A DNA stretch of 64,000 bases from Vermamoeba vermiformis (taxonomy: Eukaryota): positions 124,001 to 188,000 of the forward strand of contig JBEWZL010000243.1 of NCBI GenBank assembly GCA_045837725.1, written 5' to 3'. Numbering within the stretch: position 1 is the first letter of the stretch; the number at the start of each line of letters is the position of its first letter. The position numbers and the translations under genes were made by a program. Shown piece by piece: positions 62,642 to 64,000 of this stretch. The notes under the pieces are model-generated. The model was not told the DNA's origin. It searched no databases and was given only the letters and a program-made list of their open reading frames with translations.

Positions 62642-64000
62642 TTACTTTCTTACGTGAAACTGCTTCAACCATCCTTCAAGCAATTCAAAATTTACAACAC
62701 TTCCTCCGCACACGACAACGACAAGTCCCTTGCTCAAATCCAGATCCTTCAGCTTGCTGCAACAAAAGGGTCAGTACTAACACTAGCATATCCTTGCACA
62801 TATAGTACCCTTCATAAACAGCCGCGAGACCAGCACTGCACGAAGGTTCAACGAGTATTCTGTGGTCCTCTAAGAACTGATAGCCGGCCTTGACTGCCTC
62901 AGTGTCCGACACGAGTCGTGAGTGCACTGTGTGTTTCTTGGTCCACCTGCCACACGTGTCAATATATCACTGGCGCCACTGGCTAGCTAATCACTTACTC
63001 CCACGCTCCTTCGCACAATCTACTCGCACCGAGTGTCTTGGCAATCGATGTGATGGCGGGAATGGTCACGAGTTCACCTCTGTCACGTGTGATGTTAAAG
63101 ACATGTTACCGTTGTTGCTATAGCACTTACTTTTGTACGGCAGGATGTAACTTGGCAGCACCTTCAGTCTCAATAGCAATCAGCGGCACTGACTGCCATC
63201 CGACGTTGTGTAAGCCTTCAATTATTCCGCACATCAGACCGCCACCACCGACCTGTTGACGCGTGTCAGAAAAAAATCAGGATCGCGCTGCCAACAGTAC
63301 TTACGGTGCATAAAATAGCGCTCGGAGGTGTTGTTAATTCTTGTGAAATTTCTTTTACAATCGATGCATGGCCGGTCCAGATCTGTCGTTTACCCGTGTT
63401 AATCCATAATATTTGTGACTAATGTACGTACTTCAGGGTCATCAAATGGGTGAATCAACGCAGCACCCTCCTGGCTAGCGAGCTTCATAGCGAAGTCATT
63501 GGCCTCGGACCACACTGCGCCGTGCACCACCACTGGCAACATGTCAGCACATGGCAACAACTTTCAGGGCATGGCAGTACTTACCTTTAGCGCCTTCTTC
63601 TCCAATCTTGTCGCGCATCATGTGAGGCGTAGATTCGGGCACTAGTTAAATGTTAATTAAGTATCAATTGAATATCTTCAACGTGTCCATCCGCTTACCA
63701 ACAACTGTCACGGGCACACCCAACTTGCGACCAGCTTTATATGAATTAAATTTATGTCACGGTATTAATATGTCATACCATAAGCTACTGCCATGCCAGC
63801 ATTGCCTTAATTGAAGATCAGAGATGATATTCAATAGATCTCGTTAGATCGGCTACTTACCACCAGAAGACGAGACCAATAACTTAACACCTCGTTCGTG
63901 AACGGCTTTCCAACATTTAATGCCAAGTCCGCGAATTTTAAAGCTGCCTGTAACGGAGTAATTGAATTAGATCCGGATCGTTGCATACTTGAGCTATTTA
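62642..64000 (-). CDS. L-serine/threonine dehydratase (PLP fold II; 5' end outside window)
   Basis: GSFKIRG, SSGGNAG.A.AY, IHPFDDP.IW.GH, VGGGGL, LVEPSC.A.LA, VVVVCGG. Confidence 0.93.

Noticed and set aside
1-64000. CRISPR arrays, rRNA/tRNA genes, transposases or integrated viral core genes
   Set aside because: No regularly spaced repeats, RNA-gene signatures, transposase/RT motifs or NCLDV hallmark genes were seen. The histone doublet is flanked by ordinary intron-rich host genes, so a recent viral insertion is not supported.

Overview
A gene-dense, intron-rich eukaryotic window with short AT-rich GT-AG introns. The Sib-type adhesion receptor suggests an amoebozoan protist, but the organism cannot be established from the sequence. 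About 27 genes or gene fragments were reconstructed by manual splicing: a lipoxygenase, a DUF2009 protein, a BAR/EH protein, an ABCG transporter, LOG, an RBBP9-type hydrolase, two P450s, a Sib-like adhesin, ALG9, a heme-oxygenase-like diiron enzyme, a CBS protein, a renalase-type flavoprotein, SOUL, Arf, a kelch protein, a fidgetin-like AAA ATPase, serine dehydratase and others. No rRNA, tRNA, CRISPR array or transposase was recognised. Highlights: (1) a spliced single-chain H2B-H2A histone doublet with a nucleoporin-like FG tail and acidic end; (2) a PARP zinc finger-NLS-F-box-XPA fusion, a candidate DNA-lesion-targeted SCF adaptor; (3) three further F-box proteins with unusual architectures; (4) an HDO enzyme with internal duplications next to a P450, a flavoprotein and a heme-binding protein; (5) a recurring, mostly intronic TGACACGTGTCA palindrome. 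All domain calls come from motif recognition by eye and not from database searches. Exon boundaries are manual.
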